A DNA stretch of 28,194 nucleotides from a virus. Lineage: Duplodnaviria > Caudoviricetes. The stretch's first letter is position 1. Each line of letters opens with the position of its first letter. The stretch covers positions 1-28,194 of the IMG/VR virus record IMGVR_UViG_3300043039_000148. One strand, 5' to 3'. Below the pieces are notes generated by a model, which ran no database searches, was not told the DNA's origin, and was given only the letters and a program-made list of their open reading frames with translations. This document shows positions 9,460 through 17,829 of the stretch, in pieces. The position numbers and the translations under genes were made by a program.

Positions 9460-10648
9460 TATAAATACTTTACCTTTACCATCTATTATTGAAAAATTAG
9501 ATTATGAAGATATTTTAAATCAAGATATAGATGCTATGAAGATTATATTTAAAGAAAAACTTGGTATAGATTGGAAACCTGTAGATAGTGATGATAACTC
9601 TTTGATATTACAAGCTTTAGCATATAGAGAGTTACATCTAAGAAATGATATTAATGAGAAATTTAGACAGTTATTATTGGCTTATACTACTGGTTCAAAT
9701 TTGGACCATAAGGCACTTGAATATGATACTGAAAGATTAAAAGGCTCGAAACCTTATGCCCCTTATGAGTTTGCAATTTCTACACCTTTGGAGTATGACT
9801 TAGTTATTAATACACCTTTGGTTTTGACTGATGAAACATCAACTTATGAATCAAATCTTTTAGAAGACTTAATAATAGCAGCAGGTGAAACAGCCGCAAC
9901 AGGAACGGTTGAGTTGCAAAAAGAGATTTATTCTTTAGATATAAAAACTGAGACTATTACTACTTCTTTACCATATGTATTAAAAGCTACTTCAAAAGGT
10001 ATCTTTACCAATGGAAAAGATGTTGAAAAGGATGATAAGTTACTTTATAGAATCTTATTGTCTTTTGCTGATAAGTCAACTGCAGGTAGTGAAGAGAGTT
10101 ATAAATCATATACATATAAAGCAGATGCGAGAATCGAAGATGTAAAGGTCTTAAAAGGCCTTTATGATATTCAAGATTATGCAGCAAGTTTAGTGGGTGC
10201 AGATTTAACAACTGTTCAAAATATCTTAAGAGAAATTGAAACACAAAAGGGGATGGTAAAAGTTTATTATTATAGTCCTGATGCTGATGCTCTTATGCAA
10301 ACAAGAATTGAAGAACAACTAAACGATAAACAAACAAGACCTTTAAGCGATACTCCAATTATATCAAAAGCAGAAGAGATGGGTTTTTGTATTACTGCTC
10401 TTTTAAAAATATTACCAAATCAAGAATCAGGACAAATACTTATTAATGCTAAAAAATCACTTGATGATGGATTAAAAGAGTTAAGAAAGATAGGGGAAAC
10501 CATAACATTAAGTGAGATAAACAAATTTTTAAAAGTAGATGGAGTAAAAGAAGTGATTATTACAGAACCACCTGAAAATATTGCAGTACAAAATCACCAA
10601 ATAGGAGTAAATAGTGGAACCAATACAATCACTACTACCACCATTTGA
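9452..10648 (+). CDS. Baseplate J protein
   Basis: LPLPSIIEKLDYE, LAYRELHLR, GSNLDH, STAGSEESY, RPLSD. Confidence 0.93.
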   Translation: MIDINTLPLPSIIEKLDYEDILNQDIDAMKIIFKEKLGIDWKPVDSDDNSLILQALAYRELHLRNDINEKFRQLLLAYTTGSNLDHKALEYDTERLKGSKPYAPYEFAISTPLEYDLVINTPLVLTDETSTYESNLLEDLIIAAGETAATGTVELQKEIYSLDIKTETITTSLPYVLKATSKGIFTNGKDVEKDDKLLYRILLSFADKSTAGSEESYKSYTYKADARIEDVKVLKGLYDIQDYAASLVGADLTTVQNILREIETQKGMVKVYYYSPDADALMQTRIEEQLNDKQTRPLSDTPIISKAEEMGFCITALLKILPNQESGQILINAKKSLDDGLKELRKIGETITLSEINKFLKVDGVKEVIITEPPENIAVQNHQIGVNSGTNTITTTTI

Positions 10649-11216
10649 GGATAAAAGACTTCATGAGATAGAGAAGTTTAGTGCATCTATAATTGAAAAA
10701 CTTTTAATAGAAGTAAAACCTATAGATAATATCTTTGATCCACAAAAATGTGATGTGAAGTTTTTACCATATCTGGCATATGCAAAAGGTGTTGATATTT
10801 GGAATGAAGCTTTTACAGAACAAAACAAAAGAAACCTTATTGCAGCTTCTTTAAAATTACACAAACTCAAAGGTACCGTTTGGGCGATGCAAGAAGTCTT
10901 AAAAGCACTTGATATGGCAAGTGATGAAGAACCAGCAGATATAAAAGAGGGGCTTTGTATCAAGTATGATGGTTCACATAAAAGTGATGGTATTTACAAT
11001 CATGGCGACAAATCAAAATGGCGATATTACACAATAAAACTTGCCAAACCAGTAACTATAAAAAAAGGTTTAGCAGCAAGAGATTTATTAGAACAATATG
11101 CACCAAAAAGAAGTATTTTAAAAATAATCACATATAGCAAACTAAATGCATATGATAAAACTATCAAATATGATGGAACATATTCACATGGAACAATAGG
11201 AGTAACCAATGGGTAA
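10614..11216 (+). CDS. Tail protein I (P2 gpI-like) with C-terminal YDG repeats
   Basis: SLLPP, FLPYLAYAKGVDIW, LHKLKGT. GTG start. Confidence 0.9.
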   Translation: MEPIQSLLPPFEDKRLHEIEKFSASIIEKLLIEVKPIDNIFDPQKCDVKFLPYLAYAKGVDIWNEAFTEQNKRNLIAASLKLHKLKGTVWAMQEVLKALDMASDEEPADIKEGLCIKYDGSHKSDGIYNHGDKSKWRYYTIKLAKPVTIKKGLAARDLLEQYAPKRSILKIITYSKLNAYDKTIKYDGTYSHGTIGVTNG

Positions 11217-12537
11217 AATAATAGAAACTGATGAATTTACAGCAGATATATATCAAATAGAAATAACAGATGATGTAATCGGTGGAGAAGATGGGATAAG
11301 CAATAAAGCAGCAAAAGCTTTAGCTAATAGAACTCTTTATTTAAAAAATCAAGTAGCAGCAAAAGCAGCAACTAGTGGAAGTTCTTTACAACGGTTTAAA
11401 GTATCTGTAGCACTTGAAAATGATGAAGCAGTTTCAAAACTGCAAATGGAAAATGCAATTAATGCTGTTGCAAGTAGCGATACATTTATAAAGCCAAACA
11501 AAGGTGTTCTTTTTAAAAAAATAAGTCCGTCAGGTATTCAAATACCAGCTGGTTTCAAAGTTGTTGTAAATGGTAGCTTAGTAGCAACTTCAACTGCTTA
11601 TACTCTTAATTTAAATACTGACTTAGACACTGGTTCAAAAACTGCTGGAAAAGATTATTATGTATATGCAAGTGAAACAAATGGGTTTTACCTAAGTGCT
11701 GATGGAACAATCACTGCTGATAAGCTAATCGGTGGTTTTCATTATGGACTTACCCCTGAAGCTGAAACTTTACCAGCGAGTGCTTTGAAAACTGAAGCTG
11801 ATATGGTTACAAGTAGAGGGATAAAAGCTTATTCTTTATGGGATTTAACGTTTAAACCAGCAAACAAAAGACCTGAAGGAAAAGTTTTAGTTAATAATCT
11901 TTTTTGGAGAGATATTTATCCAGCTGATGAAGATTATGCAATAAGAGGTTATTCATCTTGTTTTGCTATTGATGGAGTTACACCAGCAAAACTTGCTGGT
12001 GGTGCTGAAAGTTATGGAAGAAAATTTCCAAAAGTTCCACTTTCAAAAGGTGGAAATGGAACTATTAACTATGGTTCTCTTACTTGGTATGAATCAAATG
12101 AAATTGTAAGTGAAGTTGGTATGAGAATGATTTCATACGATGAGTTTTCTAATTCTTCTTATGGGGTTGTAGAACAAAAATCATTAGGTGAACTTGGATA
12201 TACAACTGGAACTGGTGTAATACAACACTACCCTGAACTTGAAAGTAAATGGGGTGTTGAAATGGCTGTTGGTGTTCAATACTTTTGGGGTTCTCAAATC
12301 ATGAATGGATATGGTTCAACTGATTTTGCACATAGAATGGGATTGACAGATGGTAGAGGTTCTTTATATGCAACTTCTAATTCACCTATTGGTACTTTAC
12401 TTGGTGGCTATGAATTAGGAACAAGCACCGCTCACGTTTCGGGTTCTCGCCACGTGCACTTGGCTAATTACGTTTGGAATACGGTTTGGCATAATGGGTT
12501 CGTTGCTGTCTGTGACCACGTGAATCTTGATAAGTGA
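11209..12537 (+). CDS. Tail fibre / receptor-binding protein with Mtd-like C-type-lectin C-terminus (DGR target)
   Basis: Fibre N-terminus IYQIE..D.VIGG.DGISN..AKALANRTLYLK. Mtd-like motifs IGGFHY, SLWDL.F.P, FWRDIY and a C-terminus LLGG...SGSR...W...GFVAVCDH, resembling Bordetella phage BPP-1 Mtd as recalled. Confidence 0.88.
   Translation: MGKIIETDEFTADIYQIEITDDVIGGEDGISNKAAKALANRTLYLKNQVAAKAATSGSSLQRFKVSVALENDEAVSKLQMENAINAVASSDTFIKPNKGVLFKKISPSGIQIPAGFKVVVNGSLVATSTAYTLNLNTDLDTGSKTAGKDYYVYASETNGFYLSADGTITADKLIGGFHYGLTPEAETLPASALKTEADMVTSRGIKAYSLWDLTFKPANKRPEGKVLVNNLFWRDIYPADEDYAIRGYSSCFAIDGVTPAKLAGGAESYGRKFPKVPLSKGGNGTINYGSLTWYESNEIVSEVGMRMISYDEFSNSSYGVVEQKSLGELGYTTGTGVIQHYPELESKWGVEMAVGVQYFWGSQIMNGYGSTDFAHRMGLTDGRGSLYATSNSPIGTLLGGYELGTSTAHVSGSRHVHLANYVWNTVWHNGFVAVCDHVNLDK
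12397..12537 (+). other. Inferred DGR variable region (VR) with IMH-like 3' end; left boundary approximate
   Basis: 37 consecutive codons (12424-12534) have no third-position A and many are NNC/NNT. The region ends in GTCTGTGACCACGTGAATCTTG. No TR copy was seen in the window. Confidence 0.75.
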
Positions 12538-12549
12538 GTGAAAACGAAC
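12534..12549 (+). promoter_or_regulatory. Hairpin immediately after VR (putative DGR target-recognition hairpin)
   Basis: GTGAGT-GAAA-ACGAAC: GAAA loop, 2+2 Watson-Crick pairs separated by a tandem GA/GA mismatch. Confidence 0.55.
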
Positions 12550-12550
12550 G

Positions 12551-12814
12551 ATGAATAATCTACTAATAATTGAAAAATATGAAGAGTTTGTAAACTATGT
12601 TTATCCTGTTGTTCAAAATATAGATAGAAAACATGGATATATAAAACAGAAGTTTATTGACACTATTTTTCAACAAGTAGATATATTTTATAAAGCTATA
12701 AAATCAAATCAAAAATCAAGACTACATGAAGCTGATGGAAACTTGGCAACAATCAGATTTTATTTAAGATTTTTAGCAAATGGTTTATCAATAGTGTTGA
12801 AAGTAAAGGTTTGA
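12551..12814 (+). pseudogene. avd: DGR accessory variability determinant, C-terminally truncated
   Basis: LIIEKYEEFVNYVYPVVQNIDRKHG...KSNQKSRLHEADGNLATIRFYLRFLA matches BPP-1 Avd as recalled. The final helix (E.G..LG.W) is missing and replaced by out-of-frame RT sequence. Confidence 0.88.
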
Positions 12815-13038
12815 ATTTCTTAGGTTACAGAATAAGAGAAAAATATAAGCTGATAAGAAAAGATAGTGTAGTTCGTGCTAAAAGAAAAATCAAAAAGTAC
12901 AAACTAGAAAACAACGAAAAACAACTTGAAAAGTTTCTAGGTTCTTGGACGGGACACATAAAAACTTCAGATAGTGCAAATCTTAAATTCTATATAAAAA
13001 AGGAGTATGACCTATGGAGCAACAAACAGTTAGCTTAA
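12772..13038 (+). pseudogene. C-terminal fragment of DGR reverse transcriptase (motif 7 and thumb)
   Basis: FSKWFINSVESKGLNFLGYRI...LIRKDSVVRAKRKI...FLGSWTGH...D..NL. The frame is closed by TGA at 12733-12735 and contains no YxDD motif. Confidence 0.88.
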
Positions 13039-13349
13039 AGCAATGTATCGGTGAAATAACTGGTAAACAAATCGCAATGAATGGTGATGACTTTATTTAT
13101 CTTGATGATAAAACAAAAGTGGGAAGTGAAGTGATTGGTGAAGCAGAAATACTAAAAATACAAAAGGAGAAAGCCTTACACAATGAAGATATATATGACC
13201 AAATAGAAACTTTAGACAAAGAGCTTATAAGACCTTTGGCAGAGTTATTGGACACAAGTTCTAGCCAGGAAATAAAAGATTATGCCCAGGCTAAAGTTGA
13301 TGATATAGACATCAAAAAAACAGAGTTAAAAAATCAAATCAAATCTTAA
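13014..13349 (+). CDS. Hypothetical protein (possible tail fibre assembly factor)
   Basis: AAGGAG RBS; lies between the DGR remnant and the sheath; IETLDKELIRPLAE helix. Confidence 0.55.
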   Translation: MEQQTVSLKQCIGEITGKQIAMNGDDFIYLDDKTKVGSEVIGEAEILKIQKEKALHNEDIYDQIETLDKELIRPLAELLDTSSSQEIKDYAQAKVDDIDIKKTELKNQIKS

Positions 13350-13364
13350 AATTAGGAGCGTAGA

Positions 13365-14489
13365 ATGGATTTAAATTATGGAATTAATGGAAGTATTTCA
13401 GCAGATGCAGCAAGACCGATAAGTGTTTCTAGTTCGACACCAATTGGGATTGTGGCAACTGTTGATGCAGGAGATACAGGGTTGATGAAGTTTAACAATG
13501 CAGAAGAGGGATTGAAATATATTACTGATACTAGTATTACTGCAGGAACTTTGAAAGCTGCTTTAAAAGGTATTGATTTACAAGGGGTTAATTGTCCTAT
13601 TGTAGTACATCTATCTACAAAAGGTGTAGATGATGCTGCTGATATTGTAAGTGTACTTGCAGGACTTGATGTTATCAAAAACTCAGACCCTGTAACAGGT
13701 ATCAATCTTAAAAATGGATTGATAATAGTACCTGAGTTTAGTGCTGATGTAAGTGTTGGTACAAAACTAGATGCAATATCATCTAAAGTGTGGACCACTG
13801 GTATTACTGATGATTTTAGTGCTGATGAAGCAGGGTTTAAAGCATATATGGAAAACTTTGGAAGTAGATATTTACTTCATTGTACAGGTAGATATTATTT
13901 AGATGGTATTTTAGTACCTGGTAGTGCAATTATAGCAGGTGTTATTGCTAGATATGATGCAGAGCCATTTGGATGGGCTAAAAACCACTCAAATAGAATC
14001 GCAAAAGGTGTATCAGGATGTGAAAGAGTTATTGAATATTTTGATGGGTCTGATTGTGAAGCTAGAAGATTGAGACAAGAGGGTGGCTGTATGATTCTTA
14101 AAGATGAAGGTTGGAGAACTTATGGCTTTGAGACAAGAGATATAGACCCTATTTGGCAAAGTTTAGACAGAGTTAGAACTTTTCATAGAAGTTTAACTGC
14201 TGTATTAGAAGCTGTTAAATATGCAAGAGATAGAGAAGCTGATGAACTTCTTGGAGTAAAAAACTCTATTGTTGAGTTTAACAACGAACTAAAAGGCAAT
14301 GGTGTATCTCTTGGATTTGAAGTATATTTTGACCCTGCAAAAAATACAAAAGCAACAGTTACAGCAGGTAAGTTTTATCTAACTTGGAGAATCCAAGATA
14401 TGCCAAGTATTAGAGAACTAAACATCGAGATGGTTTATGTAGATGATTATAGTGATGTATTAATTAATTATATCAATGGGGAGAACTAA
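13365..14489 (+). CDS. Contractile tail sheath protein (P2 FI-like)
   Basis: YGIN....A.ARPISV.SSTPIGIV, PEFS, AGVIARYD, NHSNR, GWRTYG, VRTF, GKFYL. Confidence 0.92.
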   Translation: MDLNYGINGSISADAARPISVSSSTPIGIVATVDAGDTGLMKFNNAEEGLKYITDTSITAGTLKAALKGIDLQGVNCPIVVHLSTKGVDDAADIVSVLAGLDVIKNSDPVTGINLKNGLIIVPEFSADVSVGTKLDAISSKVWTTGITDDFSADEAGFKAYMENFGSRYLLHCTGRYYLDGILVPGSAIIAGVIARYDAEPFGWAKNHSNRIAKGVSGCERVIEYFDGSDCEARRLRQEGGCMILKDEGWRTYGFETRDIDPIWQSLDRVRTFHRSLTAVLEAVKYARDREADELLGVKNSIVEFNNELKGNGVSLGFEVYFDPAKNTKATVTAGKFYLTWRIQDMPSIRELNIEMVYVDDYSDVLINYINGEN

Positions 14490-14491
14490 AA

Positions 14492-15004
14492 ATGTCAGTA
14501 AATAAAGTAGGAACACCACAAACTATTGTTGATGCAGCAGTTTATGTAGATGGTTTAGGTTTTGTTGGAAGAAGTGACAATGAAAAAATTAAATTACCTG
14601 TAATAGAAGAGATTCAAGAGAGCTTCAAAGCAGGTGGTTTTGAGAGAGATTATGGAACAGGTGTCTTTAAAAAGATGGAGTTTGAAGTTGTAGTAAATGA
14701 GTACAACAAAGTTATTTATCAAGCAATGCAAACAGCTCTTACAAATGGAAAAGGTGTAACTTTTACAATCAAAGGTTCAGCACTTCAAGATGGTGTAAAG
14801 GTTCCTATTGCTGCAACTATTCAAGCTAAATTTTCTATTGATAGTAATCTAAATGCAAAAGTTGAGTTGATGTTAAAAGGTGTAGCTACAAGATATACCT
14901 TAGAAGTAAATGGAGATACATTATGCTCTATGGATAGTGCAAACATGATTGCAGAGATTGGTGGAGTTGATTATTTAGAAACTCTTAGAAATCATATTTT
15001 ATAA
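14492..15004 (+). CDS. Major tail tube protein (P2 FII-like)
   Basis: YVDGLGFVG...IKLP, KMEFE, IGGVDYLETLR; follows the sheath. Confidence 0.9.
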   Translation: MSVNKVGTPQTIVDAAVYVDGLGFVGRSDNEKIKLPVIEEIQESFKAGGFERDYGTGVFKKMEFEVVVNEYNKVIYQAMQTALTNGKGVTFTIKGSALQDGVKVPIAATIQAKFSIDSNLNAKVELMLKGVATRYTLEVNGDTLCSMDSANMIAEIGGVDYLETLRNHIL

Positions 15005-15013
15005 GGATAAAAA

Positions 15014-15229
15014 ATGGCAAAAATTAAGTTACCAATTGCAAATAAAGAGGTTGAAATGAGAGGACCTAAAGTAAAAGATATGAGAGCAGTTGAACAATAT
15101 ACAACTCCTGCAGAAAAAGAGGTTCATCTTATATCAAATCTTACAGGTATGCCACTTGATGAGATAGATGACCTTGAAATGAAAGATTATGCTTTATTGC
15201 AAAAAGAGTTTAGTCGTTTTTTGTCATAA
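15014..15229 (+). CDS. Tail assembly chaperone (P2 gpE-like)
   Basis: MRGPKVKDMR, LISNLTGM..DEIDDL..KDY; ends in the slippery sequence TTTTTTG. Confidence 0.88.
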   Translation: MAKIKLPIANKEVEMRGPKVKDMRAVEQYTTPAEKEVHLISNLTGMPLDEIDDLEMKDYALLQKEFSRFLS

Positions 15230-15366
15230 ATTACAGTGAATGTAGAATGGGTATGGCAGTAATAGGTCATACTCTTCACTGGGGATATGAAGAATTATTA
15301 GAAATGGATCTTGATGAATTTGAAAAGTTTAATGAGATTGTTTTAAAAATGCACGAGAAAGAATAA
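15217..15366 (+). CDS. -1 frameshift extension of the tail chaperone (gpE'-like)
   Basis: T-TTT-TTG at 15217-15223. The -1 frame reads FVINYSECRMGMAVIGHTLHWGYEELLEMDLDEFEKFNEIVLKMHEKE*, with the MA.I...HW...L..M.L.E pattern of P2 E'. Confidence 0.85.
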   Translation, partial: FFVINYSECRMGMAVIGHTLHWGYEELLEMDLDEFEKFNEIVLKMHEKE

Positions 15367-15505
15367 ATACTAAACCACTAATTGTAACCACAATTGAAGT
15401 TGGAAGTATCAGGTCATGGTTGACATAACTCATACAAACTGTTGCAGTAATAGCAACGATTAACAGTATAAAAGTGTAAATAAATGCTTTTAATATATTG
15501 TTCAT
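15329..15505 (-). CDS. Small two-TM membrane protein, 58 aa, antisense moron
   Basis: MNNILKAFIYTFILLIVAITATVCMSYVNHDLILPTSIVVTISGLVFILSRAFLKQSH. Fills the gap between E' and the tape measure. TATAAT lies 6 nt before the ATG. Confidence 0.65.
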   Translation of the reverse strand: MNNILKAFIYTFILLIVAITATVCMSYVNHDLILPTSIVVTISGLVFILSRAFLKQSH

Positions 15506-15542
15506 GGGTAAATTATAGCGAATTATAGGGAAAAGAGCAAAT

Positions 15543-17264
15543 ATGGATAACACAGTACTAGGTTTAGGTCTTATTTTAACAGCAAAAGATATGTTTTCAC
15601 CAAAGTTAGGTGCTGCAAGTGAAAACCTAACTAAGTTTGAAGCAAAAGTTAAAGCCACTGGTAAAACTATGACTAAACTAGGTACAGGAATGGCAGCTTT
15701 TGGAACTATACTTGGTGCTCCTTTAAAATCTTTTTATAATGACTATGAAGCTCTTGCACAAAATCAAGGTGAACTTGAATCACTTGGAGTAGGTGCTGAG
15801 GGAATAAAAGCTATAACAAAAGAGGCAAAATCTTTTTCTAATCAGTTCGCTAAAACATCTGCACCTGAATTTATAAAAGCAGCTTATGACATCAAGTCTG
15901 GTATCTCATCTTTGAGTGATGAGGGTGTAGCTAAGATGACTGCTTTTTCATCTATGACAGCACAAGCTACTAGGTCAAGCAGTGGTGATATGGCTAAACT
16001 TTTTGCACTAGGTCATGGAATCTTCGCTTCTGATTTTGGTAGTGATTTTGATTTCGCTGAAAAGTTTGGTGCTGCTATATCAACAGCAACTAAGATGTTT
16101 AGAACTGATGGTGCTGATTTGATAGGTGGTATTGCAAATGTAAAAGCTGCAGCTAAGAGTATGGGTGTTTCTTTAGAAGAAGAGTTGGCCATAATAGGTG
16201 TTGCAAAAAGTTCATTTGATAGTGCAAGTGAAGCAGCTACTGGATATAGAAGTTTCTTGGATAATGTCGGTCAAGCACAGGAAAAGTTAGGCTTACAGTT
16301 TACAGACAGTCAAGGCAAAATGCTACCTATGACAGAGATACTTAAAACTATCAAAAATGATATAGGTGACTTATCTATCGTAGAAAATAGTGATAAGTTA
16401 AAAGATGCCTTTGGAAGTGATGAAGCTGTACAACTTGTAAAATCATTGATTGATAAAACAGGTGACTTAAGTGAAGCACAAAGTTCTCTTCGTGGAAATA
16501 TGGATAAGGGAACTGAGTCTATTGAAAAGATGGCAAGAAGTATGAATAAAGGAAATAGGCTAAAACTATTGGGTAATCAGATGTCTAATCTTGGTTCATC
16601 TATTGGTACTTTATTTGCTCCTGCTATTGATTGGACTGCAGATGTTCTTGGTGGTATGATTGAAAAACTTGATAATTGGATAGAAAGAAATCCAAATTTA
16701 GCAGCAGGACTTGGAACTACTCTTGCTGTTGTTGCAGGACTTGCAACAGTTGTGGGAACATTGGGAATTGGAGTTGGTGCTATTATGATGATTGCTCCTG
16801 GTGTGGCAACTGCTATAGGTGGAATCTCTGCAGCACTAGGTATTGCAAAGATTGCAGTAATGGCACTTGGTAATTCTTTGTTAATGAATCCTATTTTTGC
16901 ACTTATTGGTGGATTGGCTTATTTAGTATGGGAGTTTTGGGAACCTATTACTGAAAAGTTTAATCAGTTTTTTAACTGGCTTGGTGAAAAAATAGAGTGG
17001 TTCAAAGGCATTGGAAGTGGTATTGCTGATTGGCTTGGATTTGGAGATGATAAGAGCAGTATCTCTGCGTCTAAAACAGTTCAGATGCAACCTTTAAAAA
17101 CCACACCATTGGTGACACCAAATATAAAAGCCAATAGTGGCAAACAAGAAATCAATGTAAAAAAGATAGAGATAATAAACCCAAAATCTACAGTTGATGT
17201 GGAGCAGGGGATTAAAAATGGTTTTAAAAATAATGGTACACCACTATATGATCAGGAAATATAA
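15543..17264 (+). CDS. Tail tape measure protein
   Basis: Ala/Gly-rich and helical; AAYDIKSG, ASEAAT, GKMLPM..IL, AFG.DEA; C-terminal hydrophobic and aromatic repeats; follows the chaperone. Confidence 0.93.
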   Translation: MDNTVLGLGLILTAKDMFSPKLGAASENLTKFEAKVKATGKTMTKLGTGMAAFGTILGAPLKSFYNDYEALAQNQGELESLGVGAEGIKAITKEAKSFSNQFAKTSAPEFIKAAYDIKSGISSLSDEGVAKMTAFSSMTAQATRSSSGDMAKLFALGHGIFASDFGSDFDFAEKFGAAISTATKMFRTDGADLIGGIANVKAAAKSMGVSLEEELAIIGVAKSSFDSASEAATGYRSFLDNVGQAQEKLGLQFTDSQGKMLPMTEILKTIKNDIGDLSIVENSDKLKDAFGSDEAVQLVKSLIDKTGDLSEAQSSLRGNMDKGTESIEKMARSMNKGNRLKLLGNQMSNLGSSIGTLFAPAIDWTADVLGGMIEKLDNWIERNPNLAAGLGTTLAVVAGLATVVGTLGIGVGAIMMIAPGVATAIGGISAALGIAKIAVMALGNSLLMNPIFALIGGLAYLVWEFWEPITEKFNQFFNWLGEKIEWFKGIGSGIADWLGFGDDKSSISASKTVQMQPLKTTPLVTPNIKANSGKQEINVKKIEIINPKSTVDVEQGIKNGFKNNGTPLYDQEI

Positions 17265-17629
17265 TGTTAGCACTTATTGGAGATTTTAAATTTGATATAA
17301 ATGGCACAAACTTTGAAGAGTATGACAGTAAGTTAACTTTTGGGTTTGCTACTCATGAAAATATAGGTGATTTTAATGACTATCAATCAACAGGTAAATG
17401 GGAGCAATCAGACACTATCTCTGGAACTCTTATCTGTAAAAGTCAAAAAGAGCTTGATGATTTTGAAGATATGGCAAAAAAGAAACTTCCTGTTACTTTA
17501 GCAAAAGCAAATGGAAAAGCATACACAATCATAATATTAAGTATTGAAGAAAAAAGAAATACATTTTTAAAAGGTGGAGAGTTTACAAGACAAGACTACA
17601 CAATCCAACTTCAAAGAGTAGGTGAATAA
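17264..17629 (+). CDS. Tail protein, P2 gpU family
   Basis: MLALIGDFKF, Q.TG...DTISGTL, YTIQLQR. Confidence 0.85.
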   Translation: MLALIGDFKFDINGTNFEEYDSKLTFGFATHENIGDFNDYQSTGKWEQSDTISGTLICKSQKELDDFEDMAKKKLPVTLAKANGKAYTIIILSIEEKRNTFLKGGEFTRQDYTIQLQRVGE

Positions 17630-17829
17630 TGAAAAAAATCATAGCTTCACAAAACCAAAGATTAGATGAGATTGTTTTGAGTGAATATGGTACTTTAAGT
17701 GTATTTGAAAAAGTACTTGAATCAAATAAGCACCTAAGTGAAAAGATTTTTCTACAAAGGGGTGATGAAGTAAATATCCCTGTAATAGAGATAGAAAAAG
17801 CACCAATAAAAGATGATGAACTATGGTAG
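17629..17829 (+). CDS. Tail protein X (LysM-like)
   Basis: RLDEIV..EYG....VLESN.HL.....L..G..V.IP, ending in LW. Confidence 0.88.
   Translation: MKKIIASQNQRLDEIVLSEYGTLSVFEKVLESNKHLSEKIFLQRGDEVNIPVIEIEKAPIKDDELW

Noticed and set aside
12811-13038. Functional RT, retron or group II intron
   Set aside because: No YxDD or motifs 1-6, and the frame is closed at 12733-12735. Only the C-terminal part remains.
15506-15658. N-terminal extension of the 109-aa minus-strand ORF
   Set aside because: It overlaps the tape measure start in antisense. The ATG at 15505 with a TATAAT just upstream fits better.
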